Shown here: positions 44,228 to 59,043 of the stretch, one piece after another | How positions within the stretch are numbered: position 1 is the first letter of the stretch | Layout of the letters: each line of letters begins with the position of its first letter | Origin: Octopus vulgaris | Lineage: Eukaryota | Direction: 5' to 3' | DNA length: 64,000 bases | Assembly: GCA_951406725.2 (NCBI GenBank) | Contig: OX597828.1 | Coordinates: 24,180,001 to 24,244,000 of the forward strand | Notes under the pieces: generated by a model | The model's input: the letters and a program-made list of their open reading frames with translations, nothing else | Told to the model about the DNA's origin: nothing | The model's database searches: none | Translations under genes and position numbers: made by a program

Positions 44228-44245
44228 CAGACTGATAGACAGACA
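43827..44245. repeat. (AGAT)n/(AGGT)n microsatellite
   Basis: Directly visible. Confidence 0.96.
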
Positions 44246-44289
44246 GGTTGGTTTGGTGTTTGGGTGGGTGGGTTTTTCACAAGGCAAAT

Positions 44290-44837
44290 AATCAGAGAAT
44301 GTAAACTGAAATAAGTAAATGAAAATGCTGGATGAAATAGAGAATGGGTGAAGTAGAGAATGTGTGGAGAAAAGAGGAAAAGTGAAGAGAACAAAGAAGA
44401 AAGAGAAGTGAAAATGATGAGAATGAAAACAGAGAAGGAACGAAGGAATATTGTAAGTGAATATTAAAAATGATGAAAATAGAGAGAGAGAGAGGGGTAG
44501 GGGGAAAACGAAATGTATAAGAACGAAGAAGAAAGAGAAAGGGAGAAAATGTGAGTGACAGCAAGAATAAAAATGAGAGAGAGAGAGAGGGGGGGAGAAG
44601 AGAAAGAGAGAATGAGAGAGACAAAAACAGACAGATAGACAGACAGAGAAAGAGAGGGCGAAAGAGAGTGAAATAGAAAGGGAGAGAGAGAGAGGAAATC
44701 GGAGGAAGATAAAGTGAAAGACGAGGAAAAGAAGATATGAAATAATAATTAAAGATGTGAGAGATAGGAGAGAATAAGGGGAAAAAGAAAGGAAGATGAG
44801 AGTCAAAGTGTTAGAGAGATAGCGAAAGAAAGAGAGT

Positions 44838-44869
<32 letters not shown>

Positions 44870-45290
44870 CAGAGAGGCAGACAGACAGAAAAAGAGAGAG
44901 AAAGAAGGAGAGAAAGAAAGAGAAATAGAGAGAAGAAGTTCGAGAGAAAGAAAGATAAAGAGAAAAAGAAAAGTAAAGATAGACAGAAAGGTAGAAAGAA
45001 AGATAGCGAGAAAGACCAACAGAAAAGTGAAAAAATAGAAAGGCAGAAAGAGGGAGAGAGAGAGAGGGGAGAGAGAGAGAGAGAGAGAGAAAGGAGATAG
45101 GGCGGAAGAGAAAGTGGGGGAAGAAACTGTGGTGAAATAAAGGGAAAACGAAAGAGAAGAAAAGATAAAATGAATATAAAAGCAAGGGGTAGGATAAGGG
45201 TAAGTGGAAGAGAAGAATATGGAAGGAGCAAGTGGGGAGTGAAGAAGCTATGGGAATGGAGAGAAAGGAAGTTGTCAGATGATTTAAGAT
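44290..45290. repeat. About 1 kb purine-rich (GA) low-complexity tract
   Basis: Plus strand is strongly A/G-dominated. Confidence 0.9.
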
Positions 45291-46132
45291 GGGTAACAGA
45301 TGTTTTGGAGCAAAGACGAAAACGTAAATGACTATTATAAGTAGACATTTTGAAATATTGATTAATATCTGTTTCATACTGTGTACACCTCACGGCAACG
45401 TTTTCCGAGTATATATATTTTAAATAGATAAATATTTAAATATGTAAATGTGTTTGTATTTAAATATCTGCAGGTACACCTTTGCGTTTACATATATAGT
45501 TTATGTATAGTTGTATAGTTGTCTGTGTGTGTATGTGTATGTATATTATATTATATAAAATATAATATATCTAGTTTATAGTATACATGTATATTATCAA
45601 TGTTTTCCTATTCACAAGACCACATGTCTGTTTCTATCCATCCGTGTATGTACCATAATATCTTCACTGTTGTTCTTATATATCATTGTTATAGCATTAT
45701 TCTCTTTTCTCTATATTCTGCAAGGTCGTTTTAGATATGACAGCAATAACAGAGGGGAACATTAGTTTCTATCAGTTTTTATACTCACTGCTCTGCCTTT
45801 CAAGATTTTAGACTTTTTTGCGCATATATTCGGAATCACGAGACTTTTGTTGTTTTTCAGTATAAATTAGATCTGATTCTTGTTTTTTTTTTTGTATTAT
45901 CAAATAAATCAAAGGTTATTACATCATACGATTCTCTGGTACTTTTAGGTTAGAATTTCTCGAAAGATATGGTTCTTCCAATCTGTTTCTGAGTTCTTAT
46001 CGCTCTAGATGTGTTATGCCCTTTCCAGGAAGATTATTTGCAACGTGAGGCTGAGTCAACGAAAATATATATCCAATTTAACACTATTTGTCCATATTGT
46101 AATTTATATATATATATATAATTGTACGTATG

Positions 46133-46210
<78 letters not shown>

Positions 46211-46874
46211 TAAATACACATATGTATCTTTGTCTGTGAGAGTATTTCTCTGAATATACGTGTGCTTGTGTATGTGAGGGTGTGTGTATGTGTACCTCAG
46301 TGCGTTTTTACGTGTGAGTATGAAAAATGTCTTTAATGTGGAAATAATAAATTGAAACATCACAAAACTAAAATTCGCTTTAAGACTCAGGTGCATTTTC
46401 AAGAACAAAACCAATTTTCCCATATTCCTATATGGGGAGCAGTAAACCACTTATACGCACGCGGGCACACACACACACAATCACACACGCGCACACACAC
46501 ACACACATATATATATATATTCATACTATAAATGAACGGATTTCCGAGTGTTGCTACAAATGTTTCGTTAGAATTTCCATTTTGATGCAAAGACATTTCA
46601 ATTATTCACGTTATGTACTGCACTAAAGAACTTCCAATTTCCTCAGGTAACTTCTCAAAACAGAGTGACGTAACAACATGTTGAATGCTACATTGTTTCT
46701 CGTGAAGTGAAGATGGGAATACAAATGAAAATACCAATATTTAAAAACGTACAAAGTGCCAGTGTCCTGAAGTTGTTCAATGAGAGCATAAAGTAGGGAG
46801 CGATTGTAATTTACGGACAGTTAAATAAAAACATCAAAGAAAATTGGAAGGGTGGATTTTCATTATATATATTT

Positions 46875-47093
46875 ATTTATTTATTGCCCACAGAGGGCTA
46901 AACATAGAGGGAACAAACAAGGGATTAAGTCGATTACATCGACCCCTGTGCATAACTGGTATTTATTTAATCGACCCCGAAAGATGAAAGTCAAAATCGA
47001 TCTTGGTGGAATTTGAACTCAGAACGTAAAGACAGACGAAAAACCGCAAAGCATTTCGCCCGGCGTGCTAACATTTCTGCCGTCTCACTGCCT
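46875..47093 (-). mobile_element. SINE family B
   Basis: TTTATTGCCCACAGAGGGCTAAACATAGAGGG...CATTTCGCCCGGCGTGCTAAC; close to 56788-57045. Confidence 0.9.
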
Positions 47094-47234
47094 TTCATTA
47101 TATAGGCAGGCAAGGATTTGGAGTCAAGAATACATTGACCCTATTTACACATGTTTAGGGCCGCGTTTTAGTAATACTTTGAAACAGTTATTATAAAATG
47201 TTTCATACACATGATGCACTCTCAACTTATAGGT

Positions 47235-47480
47235 AAAGGTTACCTTCTTGAATCATATCGACTCGCAAGAGTTGGTTTCACGGTTTCAAGGCTTGTAGGT
47301 TCCGCACTGGGATGGGACGTCAGTGTGTCGCAGAATTACTCACTTTTGCCAGCTGCGTGGACTGGATCAACGTGAAATGAAGTGTTTGGCTCAAGAACAC
47401 AACGCGTCATCCTGTTCAGGAGTCGAAAACAATCTTACAATCATGAGTCCAACACCCTGACCATAAAGCTACGCGCGCTT
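47235..47480 (-). mobile_element. tRNA-derived SINE (family C-related)
   Basis: CAACGTGAAATGAAGTGTTTGGCTCAAGAACACAACGCG...GGAGTCGAAA. Confidence 0.75.
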
Positions 47481-47559
47481 GCACGAACTCGACGTATGAG
47501 TGTTTAGTTTCTGCTGAACGACCTGCGTAAATGATTTTTATCTTTTTATTCTTTTCTTT

Positions 47560-47880
47560 TAAATGTTTCAGTCATGTGACTGCGGCCATGCTGGAGCATC
47601 GCCTTTAGTCAAACAAATCGACTCCAGGGCTTATTCTTTATAAGCCCAGTCCTTATTCTATCGGTCTCTTTTGCCGAAAGGTTAAGTTACGGGGACGTAA
47701 ACATACCAAGAGTGGCTATCAAGCGATGGTGAGAGGACAAACAGACACAAAAATACATATGTATATGACGGACTTCTTTCAGTTTCCGTCTATCAAATCC
47801 ACTCATGTGGTCGACCCGAGGTTATAGTAGAAGACACCAGCCCAAGGTGCCACACAGTGGGAATGAACCCAGAATCATAT

Positions 47881-47885
<5 letters not shown>
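47560..47885 (-). mobile_element. SINE family A
   Basis: TGTTTCAGTCATGTGACTGCGGCCATGCTGGAGCA...AAGGTGCCACACAGTGGGAATGAACCC. Confidence 0.88.
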
Positions 47886-47929
<44 letters not shown>

Positions 47930-48127
47930 GTACGTGAATTTTTCAATGTGTGCTAATAACAAGAAAAATAAATAAATAGTAACCAGGGTAGCAGAAAATT
48001 CACATAAGTACCAAGAATGTTACAGCCTACTTATAACGGTAGAAATTCCAGGGTTCAGTGAAATGTTTTTGTATAACAGATAAATAAAGAAATGGAGTTA
48101 AACGTAGGGGGTTATTCAAATCTCTAT

Positions 48128-48214
48128 GATTCGACATATATTTCGAAGAAAACATTGGTATTATTCCAGAAAGAATAATATGATGTAAAACAATGCGATA
48201 TTCTCATCAGGGGG
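48128..48214 (-). ncRNA. Degenerate hammerhead-like motif with long stem II
   Basis: Reverse complement CTGATGA-GAA..CATTG..TATTATTC(..)GAATAATA.CAATG..TTC-GAAA-TATATG-TC; stem I is not intact. Confidence 0.45.
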
Positions 48215-48470
48215 GAAAAAAGGAGAAACGAAGCACAATAAATCATTTTAACCGAATGTGATGACTGCGTATATTATGAAGTTATTATCATTTTTTATTA
48301 CCATTAATAGATTTGACGTTAAATGCATTTTAGAAAAAGGGAAGGAGGAGAAAGAAAGAATTTAGCAGAAAACCAAGAGTGGAGAAATGAAGTGCGGTAG
48401 ATAAATGAGAACAAAGCCTAAAGGCGTGGAATTTATATATATATATATTTATATATATATATATATATAT

Positions 48471-48753
48471 CACCGTGACCGACCAGGCTATCAGATGTTG
48501 CTACACATCGCTGGTCACAATGCGCTTCACATTGTTTTAGCCTTCAAATGACGCCACTCCGCTGGCTAAGCGAGCTGGCCAACAGAAGAAAGAGTGAGAG
48601 AAAGTTGTGGTGAAAGAGTACAGCAGGGATCGCCACCACTACCTGCTGGAGGGACGTGGAGCTTTAGGTGTTTTTGCTCAATAAACACTCACAACGCCCG
48701 GTCTGGAAATCAAAACCGCGAGACCGCTGCCCTAACCACTGGGCCATTGCGCT
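48471..48753 (-). mobile_element. tRNA-derived SINE sharing its head with family D
   Basis: Reverse-complement head GCGCAATGGCCCAGTGGTTAGGGCAGCGG is shared with 30580; different 3' body. Confidence 0.85.
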
Positions 48754-48759
48754 TACATA

Positions 48760-48796
<37 letters not shown>

Positions 48797-48896
48797 ATGT
48801 ATATATGTATGCATGTATGTATATATGTTTGTAAGTATAATGAGACAGTTTAACGTATACAGAGAATAGAGACTATCCAATGTTTTATTATGAACC

Positions 48897-49166
48897 CATT
48901 TATGTTCTTCTTTTCTCGCCTCCGTAACGTTTCTGCCGCTATCAAGGTGCGACTTTCGCATCTTTTCGTGCATTATGATGTTAATGTCCATTAAATTCTT
49001 CATCAGGGCATTTTGACCGCTAATTTGATTTCTTCGAAATTAGCGGTCAAAATGCCCTTATGAAGCCCTTCATGGATATTAGCATCATAGTGCACCAAAA
49101 GATGCGGAAGATGTACCTTGATAGCGACAGAAACGCACCGTAGGCAGAGAAAGGAGAACGTAAATG
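48897..49166. mobile_element. Head-to-head palindrome (about 130-bp arms), each arm carrying CT(G/T)ATGAAG...GAAACG
   Basis: Core CTTCATCAGGGCATTTTGACCGCTAATTT / AAATTAGCGGTCAAAATGCCCTTATGAAG; 10-nt loop at 49027-49036. Confidence 0.85.
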
Positions 49167-49439
49167 ACTGCACAATAAAAAACTGGATATTTTCTATTCT
49201 CTATATATTCCTTAAACTGATTCGTTATTATTTCTCTTTTATTGAAAATCATGCAGTGTCTATAGACATAATTGGATTTTTAGGCGCGAGAATGTACGAC
49301 AAATAGTTAGGCCAACCAACTGAAGGTACATAAGCTCACAGATGTTGACCAGCATTATTAATCTGTAGAAGAGCATATTCCTACTCGTTTGTATCATATA
49401 TCCCCGTCAACCAAAAATGTATCTATACATATATATACA

Positions 49440-49870
49440 AAATCCACTGACAAGGCTTTGGTTGGTCTGAGGCTATAGCAGAAGACACATGCCAAGTCAC
49501 TATACAGTGGGACTGAACTGAGGACCATGTGTTTTGGAACGAAGTTTGTTACCACACAGCTACAACTGCACCTGTGTGTGTGTGTATGTGTGTATGGGTG
49601 TATATATGTATGCATGTGTATATGTGAATATATATGTGTACATCTATATATATATATATATATATATACATACATGCATACATGGCATGTGTCTTCTGCT
49701 ATAACCTCAGACCAACCAAAGCCTTGTCAGTGGATTTTGTAGACAGAAACTGAAAGAAATCAATCGTATATATATTTATGTATATATGTAAGTCTGTGTG
49801 TGTGTCTTTGTGTTTCTCCCAAATCACTGCCTCACAACTGGTGTTCGTTTATTTACATCCCCATAACTTA
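49440..49870. mobile_element. Two oppositely oriented SINE family A fragments
   Basis: 49440-49570 (-) and 49685-49870 (+) share the AAGCCTTGTCAGTGGATTTT segment as an inverted pair. Confidence 0.75.
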
Positions 49871-50039
49871 CTGGGTAGCTTACAAGACCATAGCGGATCT
49901 CCTTCTAGCAAAATGGATGTCCACTGTTAATGGTTCATATAATAGTTTGACTTTAATAGTTTCAGTGTTAAAGTTAAAGTATCTGACATTACAATAGAGA
50001 GATGTTTTTGTTTCACTTTTAACTCGTAATACTGAAATA

Positions 50040-50215
50040 TTGGAGAAGATATATTGTTGTAGGCTCGTCCTAGGCAAGAAGTTAGAAGTCTTTTTTGCCC
50101 ATGGCTCTACATGGACCCTAAGTAAGGCATGTGTAAAATTTGAATGAAATTGGTTGTGTAGTTCTCAAGTTTTAGGGAAGCACACAGACAGACAGACACA
50201 CATTCAGTTATATAT
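50040..50215 (-). mobile_element. Putative non-autonomous Helitron-like end with (CTGT)n
   Basis: AAAATTTGAA...ATTGG...ACAGACAGACAGACA layout also seen at 58330-58420. Confidence 0.45.
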
Positions 50216-51799
50216 ATATAAATATACATATATATATATATGTATATATATATACATATATGCATGTATGAATGTATGTATGTATGAATGTATGTATGTA
50301 TGTATGTATGTATGTGTGTATTTAAGTGGTTAAGGTCAAGTAACTAACTGAGAAACAAATCTGTGGTATTGAGCAGAATAATTTCAATAATGATATTTCT
50401 GCTTGAACAGCTCAGTGTTGTCTTGGGGTTTGGTTTGCAAGATTTTTATATGAGTTCGTGTGTTGAGGCATATTCTGTTGTGTCTGGGAAGAATCATATT
50501 TTTTTTCGTGCCTTACAATTTAACACACTCACCGGTAAAACTTTCACTTATTGCTTATTTTTATTTCCCTAAAATGTCGTTGCTTCTAGTAACGTTTTCA
50601 ATAGTCTTGACTCTCAGTGTTGAAAATGTCTAAAATGTAATGGAAAATAGGTCACTTTCAGAGCATTGATGTCCAGGTCACTAACGCAAAATTTGATGGG
50701 AACGGAAGTGATTTGAAGCAAATAAGTAATAGTACTTACTGGCCAAAACAAAGAGACGAAAAATTATGTTTTTACACAGTTTAATTATCGAAGCCGCATA
50801 TATTTTTCACGATACTTTGCAGTACATTCAAAATTTGTTGTACCTAAATTTGGGTGTGTGGACATCCTTACTCCAGATGTTTCAAATAGTAACAAAATTA
50901 CTCCTTCAAATCACATTGTTAGAAAATCCAAATGAAGATCACACTGGATAATATGGTGGTAAACCAACTGTGTTTAATAGAAATGCTAGATGATTTCAAG
51001 TAAATTTTCTTCCATTACAATGTGTTATAAAATCTTTCGTTCGTATTTGCTTCTATTTAGAAATCAAAGAAAATCACTACTATTCCCTTCAAATTTTGCT
51101 TTTATTACCTGGACGTCAATGTTTTGAAACTTACTTATTTTCCATTGCATTTCAGACAGATTCAGAGCTGGGTTGGTGAACCAGAAATATTACTATAACA
51201 AATATTCATCTGATTACCAGTAATTAGCTTGTGTCGCTTACTAGCTGGCAAAATGTGCATTTCTGATCATGAGCAGGAGTACTAGGGAAACATCATAGCC
51301 ATGTGTTAAGAAGAATTTTTTGAGGTTTGAGTAAATGTTACAAAAGCAAAAATAGGTAACAGTTGTTTCCCAAAGAAAGAAAAATCGTGTAACACAGTGT
51401 TAAAGGACAAGTCTACAAGATCTTGGTGTGATATCGGCACAACCAACAACGACGATGATGACAAGAACGGCGACACCACTAACAGCAGCAACACCAACAG
51501 TAAAACGTTAATAGAGGTAGCAAAAACAGTAATAATGGCAAATAACGAAAGACCAAACAGGAAACATTTTTTCAAGATAACATTCCAAATATATTTCGCC
51601 AAAGGAAACGTTAAACATATTATTACATGAATGTTCGATTTTCATTATTTTTTTCTGAACATTCTTAACACTTGAACAGTTCGAGTCTACGTAAAAGACT
51701 TTCCATGTAATGGAATTCTAGATATTTCTTCAGCTGCCTCTCTCCAGGTGAGTTACTTTGTTGTGCTATGTTAGCTACCAGTCTTTTTTATACATCATA

Positions 51800-51856
<57 letters not shown>

Positions 51857-51921
51857 TCATATTTGTGATTGTATAAAATATATATATATGTATTTATATA
51901 CGCATATATTTATGAGACATA

Positions 51922-51956
<35 letters not shown>

Positions 51957-52270
51957 CGTGTGTGTGTGTGTATTTGCGTATATACACAGAGACATAGAGA
52001 GATAATGGGGTATATATAATGAATGTACGTGCTAGCATATCCGTTCGGTTCTACGTTATAACTATCCGATGCGTTGGCGTACATAAATGTTTCCATTTCA
52101 CACAAAGAAATAAAGTTTAAAAAATAGTATCCTACCGATCGATTGAACAGGATTTGACTATCAATCTCTTTAGCTTTCTCTCTCATTCTCTCTTTTTCTC
52201 ACCCTCTGTACGCACGAATATATACATGCACACATACATATATCTATATATGTATATATGTATATGCATA

Positions 52271-52379
<109 letters not shown>

Positions 52380-52448
52380 TACATACATACATACATACAT
52401 ACAAAAATAAGTGTTTGTGTGCCAGCATTTATATATGTATGTGTATGC

Positions 52449-52512
<64 letters not shown>

Positions 52513-53903
52513 CGGATATGCACACATAGCCATAACCTTATTTATAAGTTTCAAACACATAATTTGTTGCCCTCTAACTCTCAAGATTTGTCTAACATCT
52601 GTTTAACACTGACGGGTATTTTCTACTTCATTTCATGATACAAATCCATGTATATGTACGTGTGTGTGTGTGTGTGTGTGTATGTGTGTGTGTGTGTGCG
52701 CGTGTGTATGTGTGTGTGTGCGTGTGTTTTACTTTCAGCGCCATTGGTAAGATTTCCTTTCTGGCCAGAAAATAACTACTGTCTCCGACTGAACAGCGAA
52801 TGGATGGTTATTTACTTCTTTTTACGTCCCTACTTCAACTTATATCGTAATCTATTTTCTATCGACGAAGAGGATTTATTTCTTCGATCTAGTATATTAC
52901 TTGCTCAGTGAATTAACATGTGAGTAGCTGAGTATCATTCACACAATCATACTTTCAATATAAACCTAAGCGTGAGACTGTATATGAGTAGGTTCTATCA
53001 TTTGAATAGATCACATAATAGATCACAATTGAAATTAGCCGACAGCTTTCCATAAATGTTCACCTACCTCAATCTCAGTCGCCACACATGGATCGATCCA
53101 AAGCTATAAATAATAAAATTTGTAGAAGATGCAGGCCATAGGATGTCATTGCTACAATAAGAATTTCTTAATCATTCGGCCATAACTTTCAGTGTTAGCT
53201 GTAAAATCTCTAGAAAACTTGTAGCGATACACTTAAAAATGTAAAGAACGCACTGCTAATACAAAGTAGGATACAGTATTAACTTATGATCTATTAATAG
53301 AGTATGGTCCAGAAATGAAATATGGTGTCCCTACGAGCAATTAATGTGTGAACCAGTTGCCAGGAATGTGTTTATAATATGACGTGGAATACACGCCTGG
53401 CGTAAAATGGCATTACACAAATAAATAGTTAGTTGTACTTATCTAAAAAAAATCTATCGCAGAAATATATGTTAACACAGAATGCACTCGGTACTACTCG
53501 AACTTAGATACGATATTCAGCATTCACTGTTCAACTACCGACTGTTATACTAACACACCTCGAACTAACACGGTAAACCAACACAGTCGAACTAACACCG
53601 TCAACGGTGTACCAGTCAAGTCTTGTTGTTGGTATAATCATCTTATACCCTTCACTGAAAATGTGTTGGCTTTGGGCCCGGTATCCTGTCTAAGGGAATG
53701 TTGTGATTTAGGTTACTTATTAGCAATGGACACTGGGTGATCAGCATTCTGAATCCTAAGGCTCAAGAAATAGCAAGAGAATGAACGATCTCGGTAAGTG
53801 CTGCGTTTTGGCCGTTGCTGGAGACGACGAGTCTTGTTATTTATTCCTATAACGCAATGCGATATTGCGTCTATTTTTTAATTTGTATAGTATTTTGTGT
53901 ATA

Positions 53904-54325
53904 GGCGCAGGAGTGGCTGTATGGTGAGTAGCTTGCTTACCACTCACATGGTTCCGGGTTCAGTCCCACTGTATGGCACCTTGTACAAGTGTCTACTACT
54001 ATAGCCTCAGTCCGGCCAGAGTCTTGTGAGGGGAATTGGTAGACAGAACCCGAAAGAAGCCTGTCGGATTTATATATGTGTATGTATGTGTGTGTGCATG
54101 TGTATGTGTTTGTGTGCCCATGTGCGTGTGCATATTGTTGTGTGTCTGTGTTTGTCCCACAACTATGTTGGTGTGTTTCTGTACGCGTAACTTAGCGGTT
54201 CGGCAAAAGAACCGATAGAATACGTACTAGGCTTACAACGAATAACTCCTGGGGTCGATTTGTTCGACTAAAAATGCGGTGCTCCAGCACGGCCGCGGTT
54301 AAATGACTGAAACACGTAAAAAATA
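53904..54325 (+). mobile_element. Near full-length tRNA-derived SINE family A
   Basis: GGCGCAGGAGTGGCTGTATGGT (A box), GGTTCAGTCCC (B box), internal (TG) tract, tail GGGGTCGATTTGTTCGAC...AAATGACTGAAAC. Confidence 0.9.
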
Positions 54326-55155
54326 ATGGAACAATTGCTCCAACACAGAGATATGTTATTTGTAATGAATACGTTCTACAAATATGAACTTTATGATTGC
54401 TTGGGCTTGACGTCCTTCGAACGCATTTACAAGAAAAAATATTACTGCGCTTAGCACCAGATCAAGTACTCATTGAATGAATCAACAAAGACGTTCTATT
54501 TGTGACCATCACCATTCCCTATTTTCCTATAAGCAGATCTATGCTGCGCAAAATTCTCTTATCATGAATACCACAAATCACCTTTTTCACTTCTCCAATT
54601 CTTAGAAGTATAACCAGTGTATTGGCCGAAAAGGTAAAAAATATTGCGTAATATATGACAGTCACAGGTGTGTTTCTTATATCTTACGAGACGAGGGACG
54701 AGACCGCTGAAAACACGCATCTGTAGCTCAAGGTCACACAGATTGCGATATTAAAGTTTTGGGGTTTCCAGTTATTTATCATACCACCATATTTCATAAT
54801 ATGTATTGCATCTTGAATCTTGAAAGTTTTCTAGTATTACATCATCCAGAATTTTGAGTTGGAATGTTGCTTCTTTTATCTGTGTAAAGAATCTAAGATT
54901 TGATATATACCGTACAATATGACGCCCACAGTGTGTTTTTAGTATGTTCTAACTTAACGAAACGCAAACTGGAATTGAAAGGCTGTTTCTTTGTAGATCG
55001 TTTATCAAAGCCTTTTATATTATTGGTTTCGAAATGAATGACAAAAGTTCAAGGATAGCTGAGTCAAGGTGGCAGTCACTTTCAATGTAATTCTTGAAAC
55101 TTTCCTACGAGGCAGTTTCAAGGATCGCATACCTCAACATACATACATACATACA

Positions 55156-55221
<66 letters not shown>

Positions 55222-55685
55222 TTCCAATTTAAACAAAGGAATATCGCATTGTTTTCTTCTGTATTCGGCTATCACACAAGTTGTTTATCAGAATGGGGGA
55301 AAGAAATGGAGGTGGAGTGGTTGTAGCATTCATGGATTTCCCAACGGCATACTCATTGAAGACAGTTGAAAACATACTGGAGACACATATAATAGAAACA
55401 CACTCACCGACAGAAAAATAATACTAATTAAATAGTGTTTATTATCGATTCGCAATAATGATCGCAATGGAACAACTGACATATCAACAATATGCTTCCT
55501 GTGCTACATTCATGCTAGAATTCCGTACCTTGTGGTATGTGGTTTGGAAGCGAAATTCTTACCACACTGTCATACATATTCTCTACAATTAAATATTGCA
55601 TTCGTTGGTGTTTATACGCAGGTATTTTCAACTTCGTATTATGCTTCTCTATTTCATTAACGTATGTTTGTGTCATATGTATATT

Positions 55686-55727
<42 letters not shown>

Positions 55728-55880
55728 GACTCTCCTTTGTCTCTCACACAAGTGCGCGCGCACACACGCGCACACATACCCAAACGCAAACTCACATTTC
55801 TAGTTACACTCATGAATACCAATGTGAATAAAAAATACACACACATGTATGTAAATATATATATATATGTATGTATGTAT

Positions 55881-56535
55881 AGAAAAGGAATATAAGAAAT
55901 GGAGCAATAATTAACAAATAGAAGTGGATGACTGGTGTTTAAAAGTCATTATTTAATTAAATTTGGAACATTTACAGCTGTTCCTGTTTATCAAATTGCA
56001 GTAAATTTACATTTGCATTTACCCCGTTACACTTAATAAACACCTTCAGAACGATTAGAGGGGAAAGAAAAGGAAAGGTTTACAACAAGGACTTCCCTTG
56101 AAATTACAGGGACTAAATTAGAAGCCACAATTTAGCGTTACGTATTACTAATAACAACACTGGATATCCCCCACCAGATATAACTCCTTTGGCCAACACC
56201 ACCGGTCAACTTGCCATTGTCCCCGCACGCATCGAATGAAGGAATCTACCAACACGTGGAAATATACAAGTCACTAAAATATAAGCCTTTAGCATTAACG
56301 AACTCTGTTCTTTTACTTTTTGCTTTTTCATTTTTCGTTTTCTTTCTTTGCCTTTCTTTCCCCTCTAATCATGCTGAAGTTGTTTATTAAATGTAACGCG
56401 GTAAATGTAAATTTACACCAATTTGATAAAGAGAAACAGCTGTAAATGTTCCAAATTGAATTAAATAATGACTTTTAAACACCAATGATCCATTTCTCAT
56501 TATCAACTATTTCTTCATTTCTTATCTTCTCTATA
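55881..56535. mobile_element. Inverted repeat pair (about 190-bp arms, 280-bp spacer) with decayed HHR-like motif in the arms; PLE-type
   Basis: 55881-56073 pairs with 56351-56535; right arm has CTGAAG...GAAACAGCTGTA. Confidence 0.8.
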
Positions 56536-56756
56536 TGCATTAAACCACGGTTTTACCTTTAAATTACCTATTACCTTATAACGAGGACTATACATAGTGA
56601 GGTAATACACCAGGAGTGCTTACGGATACATCTATCCTGTAGATGGTTGCATAACTTCTAACTTATATCTTGCCTAATATATATATATATATATATATAT
56701 ATGCATATATTATGCACACATAGACACACACACACTCATTCATACACACTCATACA

Positions 56757-56787
<31 letters not shown>

Positions 56788-56789
<2 letters not shown>

Positions 56790-57045
56790 TTCTTTATTGC
56801 CCACAAGGGGCTAAACATAGAGGGGACAGACAAAGGGATTAAGTCGATTACATCGACCCCAGTGCGTAACTGGTACTTAATTTATCGACCCCGAAAGGAT
56901 GAAAGGCAAAGTCGACCACGGCGGAATTTGAACTCACAACGTAACGGCAGACGAAATACGGCTACGCATTTCGCCCGGCGTGCTAACGTTTCTGCCAGTT
57001 CGCCCGGCGTGCTAACGTTTCTGCCAGTTCGCTGCCAGTTCGCCA
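56788..57045 (-). mobile_element. SINE family B, well preserved, with a 29-30 bp tandem duplication at its 5' end
   Basis: TTCGCCCGGCGTGCTAACGTTTCTGCCAG occurs twice (about 56970 and 56999). Confidence 0.92.
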
Positions 57046-57114
57046 TATGTATGTACATACATACATATATACATACATACATACACACATACATGCATCC
57101 ATCCATACATACAT

Positions 57115-58128
<1,014 letters not shown>

Positions 58129-58130
<2 letters not shown>

Positions 58131-58420
58131 CCTCCCCTTTGAGAAACACTGATTTAACCTAAATTTGAGACAGCAGCAAAAGGGGAAATAAAGATAGACT
58201 TTTTTCTATTCCAATAAAAACTATTTTACAAATGTACGTTCCCACAGCTTTATCGATCGCATTCTCAGCTGAAATCGATTTTTAAAATTTTTGGAAGACT
58301 TCTACACGCCGATACCGTCGGTATCTACATATCAAATTTGAGCGCAATCGGATGGAGGATGCCCGAGATCCTAGAAGACACACACACACAGACAGACAGA
58401 ACGGATTTTATGTAATAGAT
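58129..58420 (-). mobile_element. Putative non-autonomous Helitron 5' portion
   Basis: Minus strand begins A|TCTATTACATAAAATCCGTTCTGTCTGTCTG (TC 5' end plus CTGT microsatellite), a layout known from non-autonomous Helitrons. Confidence 0.5.
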
Positions 58421-58449
58421 ATACGCGATTAGTAAGAATGAGTAGATAT

Positions 58450-58486
<37 letters not shown>

Positions 58487-59043
58487 GACATGCTATATGT
58501 ATGCACAATTGAAGTAGTTAAACACAGAAGAGAAAGTTAGATGAAAATATTTACGTAGAAACTCAACAACAAATGCATTATTTAACATTAGAATCTAAAC
58601 TATATGATTCTTCTGCCTACGTAAATGTCTTGTATGTAACCGGGAAATCAATCTCATTCAACAGAAGATTGTGAAAAACATTGAAATATAATACGAACAT
58701 TTTTCTTTGTTATTTATATTAAATCACATTTGTGGCTTCGTAAGAGTGGTTTAAACCTATTTTTTAAATATGTTTTTGGGGGGTGAAAAACTGTTTTTGT
58801 TTATTATTACCTACTTTCATACTGCTGTCTGACATGACAGTTTAATAACACTAAACTTATATTTAGCAGAATGGCTTATATTTCAAACTGCATTGTCAAA
58901 TCTGTCCTCCCACTTCTATAATAATGAGAAAACCTTTGTTCCTGATAGAAAGTCGGTTGTCATTTCTAGTTTCATCGCTGGTTTATAGTTTGAGCATGTG
59001 ATCATCTACGTTAAGAAACTGACATTCGGCAACCAAAAGAATT

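Noticed and set aside
43847-45393. 390-aa and 196-aa Phe/Leu/Ser-rich 'membrane protein' ORFs
   Set aside because: Antisense reading of a polypurine tract and AGAT repeats.
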